A stretch of 64,000 bases of DNA from Patescibacteria group bacterium (GTDB taxonomy: Bacteria; Patescibacteriota; Minisyncoccia; Phycocordibacterales; Phycocordibacteraceae): assembly GCA_024653825.1 (NCBI GenBank), contig JANLHF010000001.1, positions 62 through 64,061 on the forward strand. The letters run 5' to 3'. Position 1 is the first letter of the stretch. Every line of letters begins with the position of its first letter. Below are positions 8,836-19,510 of the stretch, piece after piece. The position numbers were made by a program, and so were the translations under genes. The notes under the pieces were generated by a model, which made no database searches, was not told where the DNA came from, and was given only the letters and a program-made list of their open reading frames with translations.

Positions 8836-8875
8836 AAGGCGGGGCGCGATTCACATCGCGACCCGCCTTTCTTAT
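8836..8875. terminator. Bidirectional terminator hairpin
   Basis: aaaaGGCGGGGCGCGATtcacATCGCGACCCGCCtttctt is a 13-bp stem between convergent genes. Confidence 0.6.
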
Positions 8876-8886
8876 TTCCAATTCTG

Positions 8887-9486
8887 CTAATTAAACACTT
8901 TGTCCACGAGACCGTACTTCTTCGCTTCATCGGCAGTCATAAAAAAGTCACGTTCGACGTCCTTCTCGATCTTCTCCAGTTTTTGTCCCGTATTCTTGGC
9001 GAGTATTTTATTCAGCACCGCGCGGAGCTTTAGAATCTGCTTCGCGGTGATTTCAATATCGGTCGCCTGACCCTCAGCGCCACCGTGCGGCTGGTGAATC
9101 ATTACCTCGGCGTTCGGAAGGGCATACCTCTTTCCTTTCTGTCCTGCGGAGAGGAGAATCGCGGCGCCAGAGGCAGCCATGCCAACACATACCGTGGAGA
9201 CATTCGGCTTCACGTGATTCATCGTATCCGCCATCGCAAGGGTCGCAGTGACTGAACCGCCCGGCGAGTTGATGTAGAGAGAAATATCCTTCTTCGGATC
9301 CTCCGCCTCAAGAAAGAGAAGTTGGGCAATGACGAGATTCGCCACGTCGTCGTCAATCGGCCCACCCAAGAAGACGATGCGCTCCTTCAAGAGTCGTGAA
9401 TAAATATCATAAGCTCGCTCGCCGAACTGGCTCTTCTCGATGACCATCGGAACGAGCATAGAGGCACGCGGTGTGTTTTTGTTCAT
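8887..9486 (-). CDS. clpP: ATP-dependent Clp protease proteolytic subunit
   Basis: MLVPMVIE ... [12 protein letters not shown] ... catalytic Ser (INSPGGS) and MIHQP motifs are present. ATG at 9486 is preferred over the TTG at 9513. Confidence 0.9.
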   Translation of the reverse strand: MNKNTPRASMLVPMVIEKSQFGERAYDIYSRLLKERIVFLGGPIDDDVANLVIAQLLFLEAEDPKKDISLYINSPGGSVTATLAMADTMNHVKPNVSTVCVGMAASGAAILLSAGQKGKRYALPNAEVMIHQPHGGAEGQATDIEITAKQILKLRAVLNKILAKNTGQKLEKIEKDVERDFFMTADEAKKYGLVDKVFN

Positions 9487-9587
9487 AATTAGAAAGTTAA
9501 ACTCTACTACCAAGTGAGACGAGTAGCAAATATATTCTTATGTATTTGCTCGAGACGAACGCAGGGAGAAAGCTTTGTCCTCAAAGC

Positions 9588-9854
9588 TTACTGTCCGAGT
9601 GCTGCGGGAACTTGGTTCTGTGCGATGCGCTGGCCCCAGGCATAGAACGCGCCGATGATAATCATAAGTACAATGATGATAATCGAGATGACGACACCCC
9701 ACTGCTGCTGTGCGGGCGTCGGTATGCCGGGAAGATTCGACGGGGCATACGTTGGGGCCGGAGCTTGAGGAGCTTGCACCACGGGTGGCTTAGTGGGCGA
9801 CACAGCCGGTGGAACAAAACGTTCACCGGGCGCGAGAGTTTTTTCATCTTCCAT
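9588..9854 (-). CDS. Small Pro-rich protein with C-terminal TM helix
   Basis: 88 aa, directly downstream of hppA on the same strand. The family is not recognised. Confidence 0.45.
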   Translation of the reverse strand: MEDEKTLAPGERFVPPAVSPTKPPVVQAPQAPAPTYAPSNLPGIPTPAQQQWGVVISIIIIVLMIIIGAFYAWGQRIAQNQVPAALGQ

Positions 9855-9865
9855 ATACCCCTATC

Positions 9866-12007
9866 TTAGAACAATGCTGCGAGTGTGGCTAGGAGGAGAA
9901 GTGCGACGATGTTCGTAATTTTAATCATCGGATTAATCGCCGGACCGGCCGTATCCTTATATGGATCGCCAACCGTGTCGCCGGTGACGGCCGCCTTATG
10001 TGCATCCGAACCCTTACCGCCGTGATTACCGTCTTCAATATGCTTCTTCGCATTGTCCCAGGCACCGCCACCGGATGTCATCGAGATTGCAACGAAGAGT
10101 CCCGTCACAATAACGCCGAGTAACATGGCACCGAGTGCGTTGAATGCAGCAGTCTTCCCGGCCACGAGGTCCACTATCACGAAGAGCGCGATCGGCGAAA
10201 GCACCGGCAAGAGGGAAGGGATGATCATCTCGTGAATGGCCGCCTTCGTCAGCATGTCCACGGCGCGTCCATAGTCCGGCTTCTGGGTGCCCTTCATGAT
10301 GCCCGGCATCTCCCTAAACTGGCGGCGAACTTCTTCAACAACAGCACCAGCCGCACGTCCAACCGCAGTCATCGCCATACCGCTGAATACATACGGAAGC
10401 AATCCTCCAAGGAAGAGCCCGACTACCACCCAAGGATCAGTCAGACTGAAGGCTGGAACTTCAATACCCTTAAAAAAGGCGTAGGTGCCTGAGTGAATAA
10501 AATACTTCAGGTCTTCGGTATATGCGGCAAAAAGCACGAGCGCGCCGAGGCCTGCTGAGCCGATGGCGTAGCCCTTCGTCACCGCCTTCGTCGTGTTACC
10601 GACGGAGTCGAGTGCATCCGTCACCTTGCGCACGTCGCCCTCGAGTCCGGCCATCTCGGCGATTCCGCCCGCGTTGTCGGTCACCGGACCGAATGCATCT
10701 AGGGCGACCACCATACCAGCGAGCGAGAGCATCGTCGACACAGCAATGGCGATACCGAAGAGTCCCGCGAAAGAATAGGCGGAAATGATACCAATACAGA
10801 TGATAATCGCCGGCATCGCGGTCGCCTCCATAGATACGGCGAGACCCTGGATGACGTTCGTGCCGTGACCAGTAACTGACGCCGCGGCAATCTTCTTAAC
10901 GGGACGAAAATCCTTGCCGGTGTAATACTCGGTGACCCAGATCAAAGCGCCCGTAACGGCGAGGCCGACGACTCCGGAATAGAAGAGATCATTGCCAGTG
11001 AACGTGAGGCCGTTTGTTGTAATGAGAATCGTCTTCATTCCTCCCGGTATGATGCTGTTCATCAGAGGCCAGAGTCCGGCAAGTGAGAGGACACCGGTCG
11101 CGATGACACCCTTATAGAGCGCTCCCATAATATTCTCGCTCGCGCCAAGACGGACGAAGAAGGAACCGAAGATGGAGGTGATGGTGCAAAGTGCGGCGAT
11201 GCCGAGCGGGAGGAGCATCAGCGCGACCTTAGTCCCGCCGGTGAAATAAATCGATGCGAGCACCATCGTGGCGACGGTAGTTACTACATACGTCTCAAAG
11301 AGGTCGGCCGCCATGCCGGCGCAGTCGCCGACGTTATCGCCGACGTTATCCGCGATAGTGGCGGGATTGCGTGGATCATCCTCCGGAATGCCGGCCTCCA
11401 CCTTACCGACCATGTCGCCACCGACATCAGCCCCCTTGGTGAAGATTCCACCGCCGAGACGAGCAAAAATTGAAATCAATGATGCGCCAAAGCCGAGCGC
11501 AATGAGAGAGTCCTGGATGATGCGCCCCTCTGCAACCGAATTAATATCAAGGCCGAGAACCGATACGAGGAAGAAGTAGTAGCCGGCGACGCCAATAAGG
11601 CCGAGGCCGACGACCAAGAGGCCGGTCACCGTGCCTGAACGGAAGGCGAGCGCGAGCCCCGAGGCGAGACCTTCGCGTGAAGCCTCAGTCGTGCGTACGT
11701 TGGCGCGCACCGAGACATTCATACCGATGTAGCCTGTCGCGCCGGAAAGCGCTGCACCGATCAAATAGCCAACTGCGACCTGCCAACCGAGGAAGTACCA
11801 TGCGAAGGCGAAGATAACGGCGCCGACGATGGCAATTGTCCGGTATTGGCGATTGAGATACGCGCTTGCTCCCTCCTGAATTGCGGCGGCGATCTCTTGC
11901 ATGCGAGCATTGCCAGGACTCTTTGAGAGTACCGAGCGCACCGCCCATCCGCTATACAGAAGTGCTCCTACGCCACACGCGAGTATCCATCCAAGTGTCA
12001 GTTCCAT
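9866..12007 (-). CDS. hppA: K+/H+-translocating membrane pyrophosphatase (V-type PPase)
   Basis: 713 aa, polytopic. Signature [18 protein letters not shown] is present. Confidence 0.9.
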   Translation of the reverse strand: MELTLGWILACGVGALLYSGWAVRSVLSKSPGNARMQEIAAAIQEGASAYLNRQYRTIAIVGAVIFAFAWYFLGWQVAVGYLIGAALSGATGYIGMNVSVRANVRTTEASREGLASGLALAFRSGTVTGLLVVGLGLIGVAGYYFFLVSVLGLDINSVAEGRIIQDSLIALGFGASLISIFARLGGGIFTKGADVGGDMVGKVEAGIPEDDPRNPATIADNVGDNVGDCAGMAADLFETYVVTTVATMVLASIYFTGGTKVALMLLPLGIAALCTITSIFGSFFVRLGASENIMGALYKGVIATGVLSLAGLWPLMNSIIPGGMKTILITTNGLTFTGNDLFYSGVVGLAVTGALIWVTEYYTGKDFRPVKKIAAASVTGHGTNVIQGLAVSMEATAMPAIIICIGIISAYSFAGLFGIAIAVSTMLSLAGMVVALDAFGPVTDNAGGIAEMAGLEGDVRKVTDALDSVGNTTKAVTKGYAIGSAGLGALVLFAAYTEDLKYFIHSGTYAFFKGIEVPAFSLTDPWVVVGLFLGGLLPYVFSGMAMTAVGRAAGAVVEEVRRQFREMPGIMKGTQKPDYGRAVDMLTKAAIHEMIIPSLLPVLSPIALFVIVDLVAGKTAAFNALGAMLLGVIVTGLFVAISMTSGGGAWDNAKKHIEDGNHGGKGSDAHKAAVTGDTVGDPYKDTAGPAINPMIKITNIVALLLLATLAALF

Positions 12008-12124
12008 ACGATTGTATTATTTTATGTTTGTAGTTTTGAATATACTACGCTCAAGCGAGCGAATCAAAAGAGAAATTCCGATTTTTCTTTTGTGAACGAG
12101 CGCGGGGAGAAAGTCCGTATGGGC

Positions 12125-13558
12125 TTATTCATCCTTCGCCTTGTCGCGATTTTCCTCTTTATCGGCGACGGTTTCATCGCTAGCGGGGAGCTCGGTCAAC
12201 TCTTCTTCGGCGGGAAGACCAGAGGCCTCCGGCTCTTCTTCGGTCACCGCAGTAAAGCTCTCAGTCGGCATCACTCCCGCTGCCACAGCAGGCTCTGTCT
12301 CATCTTCTTTACGAGACGGGTCTCCATCTACGGCGGCAACTGATCCACTATCGGACCCTATAATCTCCGTCCCGGCGACAGAGACGATATCGATGTTCCA
12401 GCCGGTCAGCTTCGCTGCGAGACGCACGTTCTGCCCACCGCGGCCGATAGCAAGGGACTGCTCGTCTTCGGCGACCGTGACGGTCGCGCGATGATCGACT
12501 TCGTTGAGCACAACCTCGATGGGGGTAGCGGGAGAAAGCGCCTCTTTCACAAATTCTTTTGCGTCATCATTCCATTCAATGATGTCGATGCGTTCGCCGC
12601 CGAGCTCGCTCATAACGGTCGAGACGCGCACGCCGCGCTGACCGACAAGAGAACCGACTGGATCCACATGAGGATCGAGTGAGGAGAGTGCGATCTTGGT
12701 GCGACTGCCCGGCTCGCGCGCAAGCGCCTTCACCTCGATAGCCCCAGAAGCGAGTTCCGGTGCCTCCATTTCAAAAAGCTTCACGACGAACTTCGGGTGC
12801 GCGCGAGAGAGACGCAAATAGACCCCGCGGAATCCTTCATCCACCGCATAGAGATACGCACGGATACGCTCTCCCATGCGATAACGCTCGCCCGGAATCT
12901 GTTCCTCGTAGGGAATGATGCCTGTGGTGCGGCCGAGGTCGACGAAGATCGCCCCACGTTCCATACGCTGGACGATACCGCCGACAATCTGACCCTTCTT
13001 CTCGCTAAATTCCTCCATCATCGAGAGTTTCTCGGCCTCGCGCACCTTCTGGATAACCACCTGCTTGGCCGTCTGAGCGGCGATACGGCCGAAGTCGTCC
13101 TGCGGCTCGAGCGGGAAGATGATTTCTTCACCGAGAATCGCGCCGCGCTTAATCAGCTTCGCATCAGTGAGCAAAAGGTGCTTCTCTGAATCGAAGCGGG
13201 GGAGTTCGCCTTCGGCGAGCTGCTCTTCATCGGCGTGATAGGCGTGGGCGTGCTGATGCTCCTCGGGAATTTCTTCACCGGGCGCGGGGAAACGCACCGT
13301 CGTATCATCAACGACGGTTTTTATTTGTTCAAAGGAGATGGTGCCGGTGTTGAGGTCTATCGAAGCATGAATGACTTGTCCGCGCTTGCCGTATTCGCGC
13401 TTGTAGGCGGTGGCCATAGCACTCTCGATGGCTTCTATCATCGTCTCACGGCTGATGCCTCGATCCTCGAACTCTCCGAGCACTGCATTGATGGTTTTCA
13501 AATCAATCATATATGGAATGTGTATGTCGCACGTTTTTAAGCAGAAAGTCCGCACCAC
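12125..13558 (-). CDS. nusA: Transcription termination/antitermination factor NusA
   Basis: N-terminal domain, S1 and KH domains, and an acidic C-terminal tail. The start may be GTG at 13558 (GGGGG SD) or ATG at 13510 (MIDLK). Confidence 0.88.
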   Translation of the reverse strand: MVRTFCLKTCDIHIPYMIDLKTINAVLGEFEDRGISRETMIEAIESAMATAYKREYGKRGQVIHASIDLNTGTISFEQIKTVVDDTTVRFPAPGEEIPEEHQHAHAYHADEEQLAEGELPRFDSEKHLLLTDAKLIKRGAILGEEIIFPLEPQDDFGRIAAQTAKQVVIQKVREAEKLSMMEEFSEKKGQIVGGIVQRMERGAIFVDLGRTTGIIPYEEQIPGERYRMGERIRAYLYAVDEGFRGVYLRLSRAHPKFVVKLFEMEAPELASGAIEVKALAREPGSRTKIALSSLDPHVDPVGSLVGQRGVRVSTVMSELGGERIDIIEWNDDAKEFVKEALSPATPIEVVLNEVDHRATVTVAEDEQSLAIGRGGQNVRLAAKLTGWNIDIVSVAGTEIIGSDSGSVAAVDGDPSRKEDETEPAVAAGVMPTESFTAVTEEEPEASGLPAEEELTELPASDETVADKEENRDKAKDE

Positions 13559-13590
13559 AAGAGTACCCCCGAGTTTCTAACTCGCTTCGC

Positions 13591-13622
13591 TCGAAGAAAC
13601 TCTAAGTCGCTTAGCGGACCTT
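13591..13622. repeat. Conserved hairpin motif, copy 1 (agtttct-N16-agaaact)
   Basis: gagtttctaactcgcttcgctcgaagaaactc. A near-identical copy in reverse orientation lies at 59069-59103. Confidence 0.4.
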
Positions 13623-13662
13623 CAGGTATTGTCTAGTATACCAGAGGTGCCTCTTGCGTCAA

Positions 13663-14136
13663 CTATCCTCCTTTATTGAGAGAGTGATAATACGCAGTAT
13701 CAGACATCCCCCCTTTTCGTTCCCCATTTTCTTCCTCGTCATCCAGAGGCGCCTCGCCGATCGAAGCAAGATACTTGCGAATAATATCTGCTGTCACGTC
13801 GCGGTCATGCATTTCTATCAATGTTTTGCGCTGTTGTGGAGACACATTAGGGGCCTGATTGGAAATGCGTGTAATCGTGTCCATGATCTCGTTATGGATT
13901 ACGGCTTGTTTCGGACTTGAGTAGGCAGCTCGGTGGCGAATAAAAGCTTGCGGCGAATACGACTCGTGTATTGCTCTGTCGCGAGCCTTGATGTAATTCC
14001 GACACTTCTGCACGAACACTGCACGGGTCTCGTCCGTACCAAACAAAGACAATACTTGTTCAACCTTCTCCTTCGCACTCAACTGTTCTGCTTCAGATCC
14101 AGAACTGTCGGGCCCCTTGGGGGGTGGATGTTCCAT
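13663..14136 (-). CDS. Hypothetical protein
   Basis: 157-aa ORF with no recognisable motifs. Confidence 0.45.
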   Translation of the reverse strand: MEHPPPKGPDSSGSEAEQLSAKEKVEQVLSLFGTDETRAVFVQKCRNYIKARDRAIHESYSPQAFIRHRAAYSSPKQAVIHNEIMDTITRISNQAPNVSPQQRKTLIEMHDRDVTADIIRKYLASIGEAPLDDEEENGERKGGMSDTAYYHSLNKGG

Positions 14137-14206
14137 GGTGTGTAAATGATATCACATGTGAAAAGAGCGCCGCGCCGAGGGTTCGACGCGCTATACTTTA
14201 ATACAT

Positions 14207-15955
14207 ATGCACGTTTCAGAGGGGGAGCTGAAAGAATTCATTATTGATTCGGGCCTTGTTGCCAAGAAGGAGATCGATGCGGCTGCCGAGGAGGCGAAGC
14301 AGAAGGGACAGTCGCTCGGCGATATCCTCGTTTCGCGCGGAGCGTTGACCGAAGATGCTCTCCGGCGCATCCAAGCGTATGTGCTCGGCATTCCGTTCGT
14401 TAATCTTAAAGACCACCGTATCCCGACTGAAGCCCTCTCTCTTATTCCAGAACCCATCGCCCGCACGCACAACATCATCGCGTACAAGAAAGGCGCTGAT
14501 TCTCTCGAAGTAGCGATGCTTGATGTCGAAGACCTCGCTTCTATTGATTCGGTGAGAAAGAAGACCGGTCTTAAGATTTTGAGCCGGCTCACCGACACTG
14601 AGAGCATCAAGTCTGCTCTACTGCAGTACCAGAAGTCGTTGAAAGACGAATTTGGAGACATTATTTCGACTGAGGCGGGGAAGATAAAGGTCATCGCAGA
14701 TGGGAATAAGGACCTCTCTGGCGACGACTTGAAAAAAATGGCAGAGGATTTACCGGTCGTGAGAATCATTGACACACTTCTACGACACGCCATCGTGCAG
14801 GGAGCATCCGATATTCACATCGAGCCGATGGAACAGGAAGTGATGGTGCGCTACCGCATCGACGGCATCCTTCATGACGCGATGACTCTGCCGAAGGCGG
14901 CGGCAGCGGGCATTGTCGCGCGCATCAAGGTTCTCTCAAATCTGAAGCTCGATGAAAAACGCCTTCCGCAGGACGGTCGCTTTAAGATGGAGACCGATGC
15001 AGATCGCGTATCCTTCCGTGTCTCTATTCTTCCGACATTCTTCGGCGAGAAGACAGTGATGCGCCTTCTCCGCGAGACCGGCGAAGGATTCACGCTCGAG
15101 GTCCTCGGCCTTCATGGCGAAAACATGGAGCGCATTCATCATGCACTGAAGCAGACGACCGGCATCATCCTTATCTCGGGACCGACCGGCTCAGGGAAGA
15201 CCACCACGCTCTATACGATGCTTGATATTTTGAACCGTCCGGACGTAAATATTTCTACCATTGAAGATCCAATCGAATATCAGATGAAACGCGTGAATCA
15301 GACACAGGTAAATCCGCAAATCGGCTTCACGTTCGCCAACGGACTTCGTTCGCTCGTTCGCCAGGACCCAGACATCATTATGGTCGGCGAGATTCGCGAC
15401 AGCGAGACGGCTTCCCTCGCCATCAATGCCGCGCTCACCGGCCATCTCGTACTCTCAACCATTCACACCAATAGCGCCTCAGGCGCTATTCCGCGCCTTA
15501 TTGATATGGGGGTGGAGCCATTCCTTCTTGTTTCCACTATTCGCGTCATTGTGGGTCAGCGACTCGTCCGCAGGCTCTGTGACAGTAAAGAGTCGTATAC
15601 CGTCGATGTGGCGACGCGTGCAAAAATCGCTAACGAAGAGTCTTTCGCCGTCGCATTTAAGGCACTCGAGGACGAGAAACTGGTAAAAAAAGGTTCCACG
15701 CTCAACGATATTTCCTTCTGCCGTCCCCTCCCGTCCGCAGAATGCGCCGATGGCTACAAGAGCCGTATTGGTATCCACGAAGTGCTCTCAGTCTCACCCG
15801 CAGTACGCGAGATTATTCTTCATTCGAGCACGAGCGATGCTATTGAAGCCCAGGCGAAGAAAGAGGGTATGCTCACGATGATCGAGGACGGACTGTATAA
15901 AGCCGCGCGCGGCGTTACCTCGCTCGAAGAAGTCCTTCGCGCGATATCCGAATAG
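14207..15955 (+). CDS. pilB: Type IV pilus assembly ATPase PilB (GspE family)
   Basis: 582 aa with an N-terminal GSPII_E_N-like region, Walker A GPTGSGKTTTLY, Asp and His boxes, and a tetracysteine-like region. Confidence 0.9.
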   Translation: MHVSEGELKEFIIDSGLVAKKEIDAAAEEAKQKGQSLGDILVSRGALTEDALRRIQAYVLGIPFVNLKDHRIPTEALSLIPEPIARTHNIIAYKKGADSLEVAMLDVEDLASIDSVRKKTGLKILSRLTDTESIKSALLQYQKSLKDEFGDIISTEAGKIKVIADGNKDLSGDDLKKMAEDLPVVRIIDTLLRHAIVQGASDIHIEPMEQEVMVRYRIDGILHDAMTLPKAAAAGIVARIKVLSNLKLDEKRLPQDGRFKMETDADRVSFRVSILPTFFGEKTVMRLLRETGEGFTLEVLGLHGENMERIHHALKQTTGIILISGPTGSGKTTTLYTMLDILNRPDVNISTIEDPIEYQMKRVNQTQVNPQIGFTFANGLRSLVRQDPDIIMVGEIRDSETASLAINAALTGHLVLSTIHTNSASGAIPRLIDMGVEPFLLVSTIRVIVGQRLVRRLCDSKESYTVDVATRAKIANEESFAVAFKALEDEKLVKKGSTLNDISFCRPLPSAECADGYKSRIGIHEVLSVSPAVREIILHSSTSDAIEAQAKKEGMLTMIEDGLYKAARGVTSLEEVLRAISE

Positions 15956-15961
15956 AATGAA

Positions 15962-17179
15962 ATGAAATTCCGCACCACCATACGAAAGAAGGGAGCATCA
16001 GATGAAGTTCGAATCATCGAAGCTCCTTCGCGCTTCGCCGTGTATGACCTCATAAAAAACGAGGGGGGAACTGTCGTGGCGATTTCAGAACAACGCGAGT
16101 TCGGATTCGGCGCGATGTCTCGTTTCAACATCACCATCGGGACGGGGATTAAACGTGCTGAGATCATACGTACGGCGAAGAATCTCTCCGCGATGCTCTC
16201 TGCGGGGCTTTCTCTCTCACGTGCACTCTCGGTCATCGAGCGACAATCGAGCAATGTTTATTTAAAGAAGGTGGCAGTCGGTCTTTCTGCATCAGTGAGA
16301 AAAGGGTCCTCATTCCATGAGGCGCTCGCGCTCTACCCGGCGGTATTCCCTAAGATTTTCGTCGCGATGGTACGCGCGGGAGAAGAATCGGGGTCTCTCT
16401 CCGATTCACTCCTCGTGGTTGCTCTTCAAATGGAGCGTTCGGAGGAGCTCGTGAAAAAAATAAAGGGGGCGATGATCTATCCGGCGATTGTTATTACCGC
16501 GGTCATTATCGTCGGCATTCTGATGCTCATTTATGTCGTCCCCACCCTGACCAGCACCTTCACCTCGCTCGACGTTAAGGTCCCGCTCGCCACTCGTATC
16601 ATCGTCGCGCTGTCGGACTTTATGGTGCAACACACAGTCGCCGTGCTTGCCATACTCGCGGCACTCGTCATCGGTGGCATCGCCTTCGTCCGATCGCGTC
16701 TCGGAAGTGCCTTGGTACTCTCGGTATCGCTTCATCTGCCAGTTATAGGAGAACTGATACGGGAAACGTACTCCGCACGGACCGCACGCACTCTCTCTTC
16801 ACTCCTCTCCGCGGGAGTTCCGGTACTTGATGCTCTTTCTATCACAAAAGAAGTGGTGTACGCACAAGCTTTTGCGAATGTTGTGGAAGAAGCTGAGACA
16901 CATGTTCGAAAAGGGGAACTTCTTTCTGAAGCTTTTGCACAACATACGAAGCTCTATCCTATCCTCATGAGCGACATGCTCGCTGTGGGGGAAGAGACTG
17001 GTAAGGTCGCGGAAATGTTGAAACAGATTGCCGAATTTTATGAGGAGGATGTCGCACAGAAGACAAAAGATCTTTCAACCATCATCGAACCGATCCTGAT
17101 GCTCGTCATCGGAACCTTCGTCGGCATCTTCGCGGTCTCAATGATTGCGCCGATCTACCAGCTCTCATCAGCGATTTAA
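15962..17179 (+). CDS. pilC: Type IV pilus platform protein PilC (GspF family)
   Basis: 405 aa polytopic protein with duplicated GspF domains, immediately downstream of pilB. Confidence 0.88.
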   Translation: MKFRTTIRKKGASDEVRIIEAPSRFAVYDLIKNEGGTVVAISEQREFGFGAMSRFNITIGTGIKRAEIIRTAKNLSAMLSAGLSLSRALSVIERQSSNVYLKKVAVGLSASVRKGSSFHEALALYPAVFPKIFVAMVRAGEESGSLSDSLLVVALQMERSEELVKKIKGAMIYPAIVITAVIIVGILMLIYVVPTLTSTFTSLDVKVPLATRIIVALSDFMVQHTVAVLAILAALVIGGIAFVRSRLGSALVLSVSLHLPVIGELIRETYSARTARTLSSLLSAGVPVLDALSITKEVVYAQAFANVVEEAETHVRKGELLSEAFAQHTKLYPILMSDMLAVGEETGKVAEMLKQIAEFYEEDVAQKTKDLSTIIEPILMLVIGTFVGIFAVSMIAPIYQLSSAI

Positions 17180-18900
17180 TGCTCATGAACGGTACTGGTC
17201 GTCGTCGGAAGTATAGGACCGGATTTAGTCTTATCGATGTTGTGGTCGGTGTTGCGCTTATGCTCATCCTGTTCCTTGCACTCTTCGGCGTTCTGCGAGC
17301 ATCGCTTCTCGTCTCATCGCTTGCGCGGGCGAAGGCAGGATCGACAACAATCGCTGAGACGCAGATGGAGTATCTGCGCAGTCTTTCCTATGATTTACTC
17401 GGCACCGTCGGAGGGATTCCCCCCGGCATCGTTACCCAAGACACCCAAGCGGAGGAAAATGGCATTACGTATGCCATACATACGTTCATCGGATACCGAG
17501 ACGACCCAGCTGACGGCACTGGACAGGATGACACGAACGGCATCATAACCGATTATAAGCGCGCCGAAGTAACAGTTTCATACACGGTAGGCGGTCAGAC
17601 GAAATTTGCGTCGTTTACTTCAAATTTCTCGCCCCCGGGTTTAGAAACGACAGTCGGAGGCGGAACACTGGAAGTTGCTGTAGTGAATGCAGCCGGATCG
17701 CCCGTTCCTGATGCTTCGGTCGCAATTACAAATACTGCAATATCTCCTGCGGTAGACATCGCAACCTTTACCGGTCTCGACGGTATTGTCTCACTCCCGG
17801 GCGCTGCGACCTCTTCGGCGTACCAGATTAGCATCTCTAAGTCCGAGTATTCAAGCGCGCAGACGTATGCCAGAGACGCGACCAACCAAAATCCGAACCC
17901 AGGGTATCTTACGGTCGCAACGAACCAAACAACCGTCGGAACATTTGCCATAGACTTACTTTCTACCTTCTCCCTTGCAACCTTTTCTCCGATTGCGACC
18001 AGCACGTTCACTGACACCTTTGCCGACGATACAAAAATCACCGCTATGGACTCTGTGAGTATCACAGACGGAACGCTTGCCCTGGCAAACGGGGCGACGA
18101 CAGGTTCCGCGCGCGCCGTCACTGTACATCCTGCACACCTCGTACACTGGGGAGAGGTTTCGGCGACACTCGCGGTCCCCACAGACGCGTCCGCTGCACT
18201 TCATATATATGATGCCTCCGGAAATTTATTGCCGGATTCGGCCCTCCCGGGAAATACAGAAGGTTTCCCAAGTTTCCCCGTATCGCTCTTCGCCGTCTCA
18301 ACAACAACCTATCCTTCACTCGCTCTCGGTGCTTCTCTTTCTACGTCAGCCGATTCACCGTCGCTATTCGACTGGTCGCTCTCTTACACGGACGGCCCGA
18401 CACCTTTGCCGAACGTCACTTTCACACTGACCGGAGCGAAGACCATCGGCTCAACAGGAGACGGCAGTCCCTTATACAAAACAACTGCAACTGAATCGAC
18501 TGGAACGAATGCGCAGACGTCGCTCACAATTGAAGAGGATAGGTATACGCTTGGTATTTCCGGATACGACATTGTCGACGCTTGTCCCGCACCTCCGTAT
18601 GCACTTGCCCCAGGAACGCTTTCATTTGCTTCGCTCGTTCTCGGGACGGCGACGACAAATTCTTTGCGCGTACTCGTTTCAAATAACGAGGGCGCCGCAG
18701 TAGACGGAGCACTTGTCACACTCTCTCGTGCTGGTTTTTCAGAGGACGCAGTGAGCTCTTCGTGCGGAGCAGCCTATTTCAGCGGTATTACGTCCGCAAG
18801 TAATTACACGCTTACTATCGCAAAGACGGGGTATACTACAATTGTCCTCGCCAACGTCTCAGTCGCTGGTCCTTCGACGTATAGTGCAAATTTCCCGTAG
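17179..18900 (+). CDS. Large pilin-like protein with prepilin-type N-terminal signal and Thr/Ser-rich beta-rich body
   Basis: The N-terminus RTGFSLIDVVVGVALMLILF resembles a class III prepilin cleavage and hydrophobic segment. 573 aa. Confidence 0.65.
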   Translation: MLMNGTGRRRKYRTGFSLIDVVVGVALMLILFLALFGVLRASLLVSSLARAKAGSTTIAETQMEYLRSLSYDLLGTVGGIPPGIVTQDTQAEENGITYAIHTFIGYRDDPADGTGQDDTNGIITDYKRAEVTVSYTVGGQTKFASFTSNFSPPGLETTVGGGTLEVAVVNAAGSPVPDASVAITNTAISPAVDIATFTGLDGIVSLPGAATSSAYQISISKSEYSSAQTYARDATNQNPNPGYLTVATNQTTVGTFAIDLLSTFSLATFSPIATSTFTDTFADDTKITAMDSVSITDGTLALANGATTGSARAVTVHPAHLVHWGEVSATLAVPTDASAALHIYDASGNLLPDSALPGNTEGFPSFPVSLFAVSTTTYPSLALGASLSTSADSPSLFDWSLSYTDGPTPLPNVTFTLTGAKTIGSTGDGSPLYKTTATESTGTNAQTSLTIEEDRYTLGISGYDIVDACPAPPYALAPGTLSFASLVLGTATTNSLRVLVSNNEGAAVDGALVTLSRAGFSEDAVSSSCGAAYFSGITSASNYTLTIAKTGYTTIVLANVSVAGPSTYSANFP

Positions 18901-18904
18901 TCTT

Positions 18905-19510
18905 ATGCACTCCTCTCTTTCACGCGGTCTGACGCTTATTGAAACCATCGTTGTTGTGGCGCTTACCGCTTTCATTCTTATCGTGCTTTCAAGCCTCATT
19001 CAGTATTTTTATAAAACGAACGCCTATACGCTCCAACAATCACAAGCGGTCAACAGCGCGCGCACGAGTATTGAACATGCGATGACTGACCTGCGCGAAG
19101 CTTCTTACGGCGCCGATGGATCCTATCCGGTACTTTCAGCGGCTACTTCAAGCGTGACATTTTTTGCAGATACGGACAACAGTGGAACCGTCGAAAAAGT
19201 CCGTTACTACCTATCTGGAACAACGCTGTACCGCGGAAATACTCCCCCAGGAGGGGATTCTCCCTCGTACGACGGACAAACGGAAGCAACGACCCTCGTC
19301 GTAAACAACATTCGAAACGGTTCCTCGACACCTCTTTTTACGTATATTGACGCCGATGGAAATCAACTCGTTGCTCCTATTAATATCGCCTCAATCGCCT
19401 CGGTGCGCACGACGGTTCTCACTGACGTGGATCCTAACCGAGCTCCGTTGGTATACACGCTCTCGGGAAGTGCGACACTACGGAACATACATAATATGAA
19501 TACACAATGA
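18905..19510 (+). CDS. Prepilin-type minor pilin (PilW/GspJ-like)
   Basis: MHSSLSRG|LTLIETIVVVAL is a canonical prepilin peptidase site with the G-1/E+5 motif. Confidence 0.7.
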   Translation: MHSSLSRGLTLIETIVVVALTAFILIVLSSLIQYFYKTNAYTLQQSQAVNSARTSIEHAMTDLREASYGADGSYPVLSAATSSVTFFADTDNSGTVEKVRYYLSGTTLYRGNTPPGGDSPSYDGQTEATTLVVNNIRNGSSTPLFTYIDADGNQLVAPINIASIASVRTTVLTDVDPNRAPLVYTLSGSATLRNIHNMNTQ

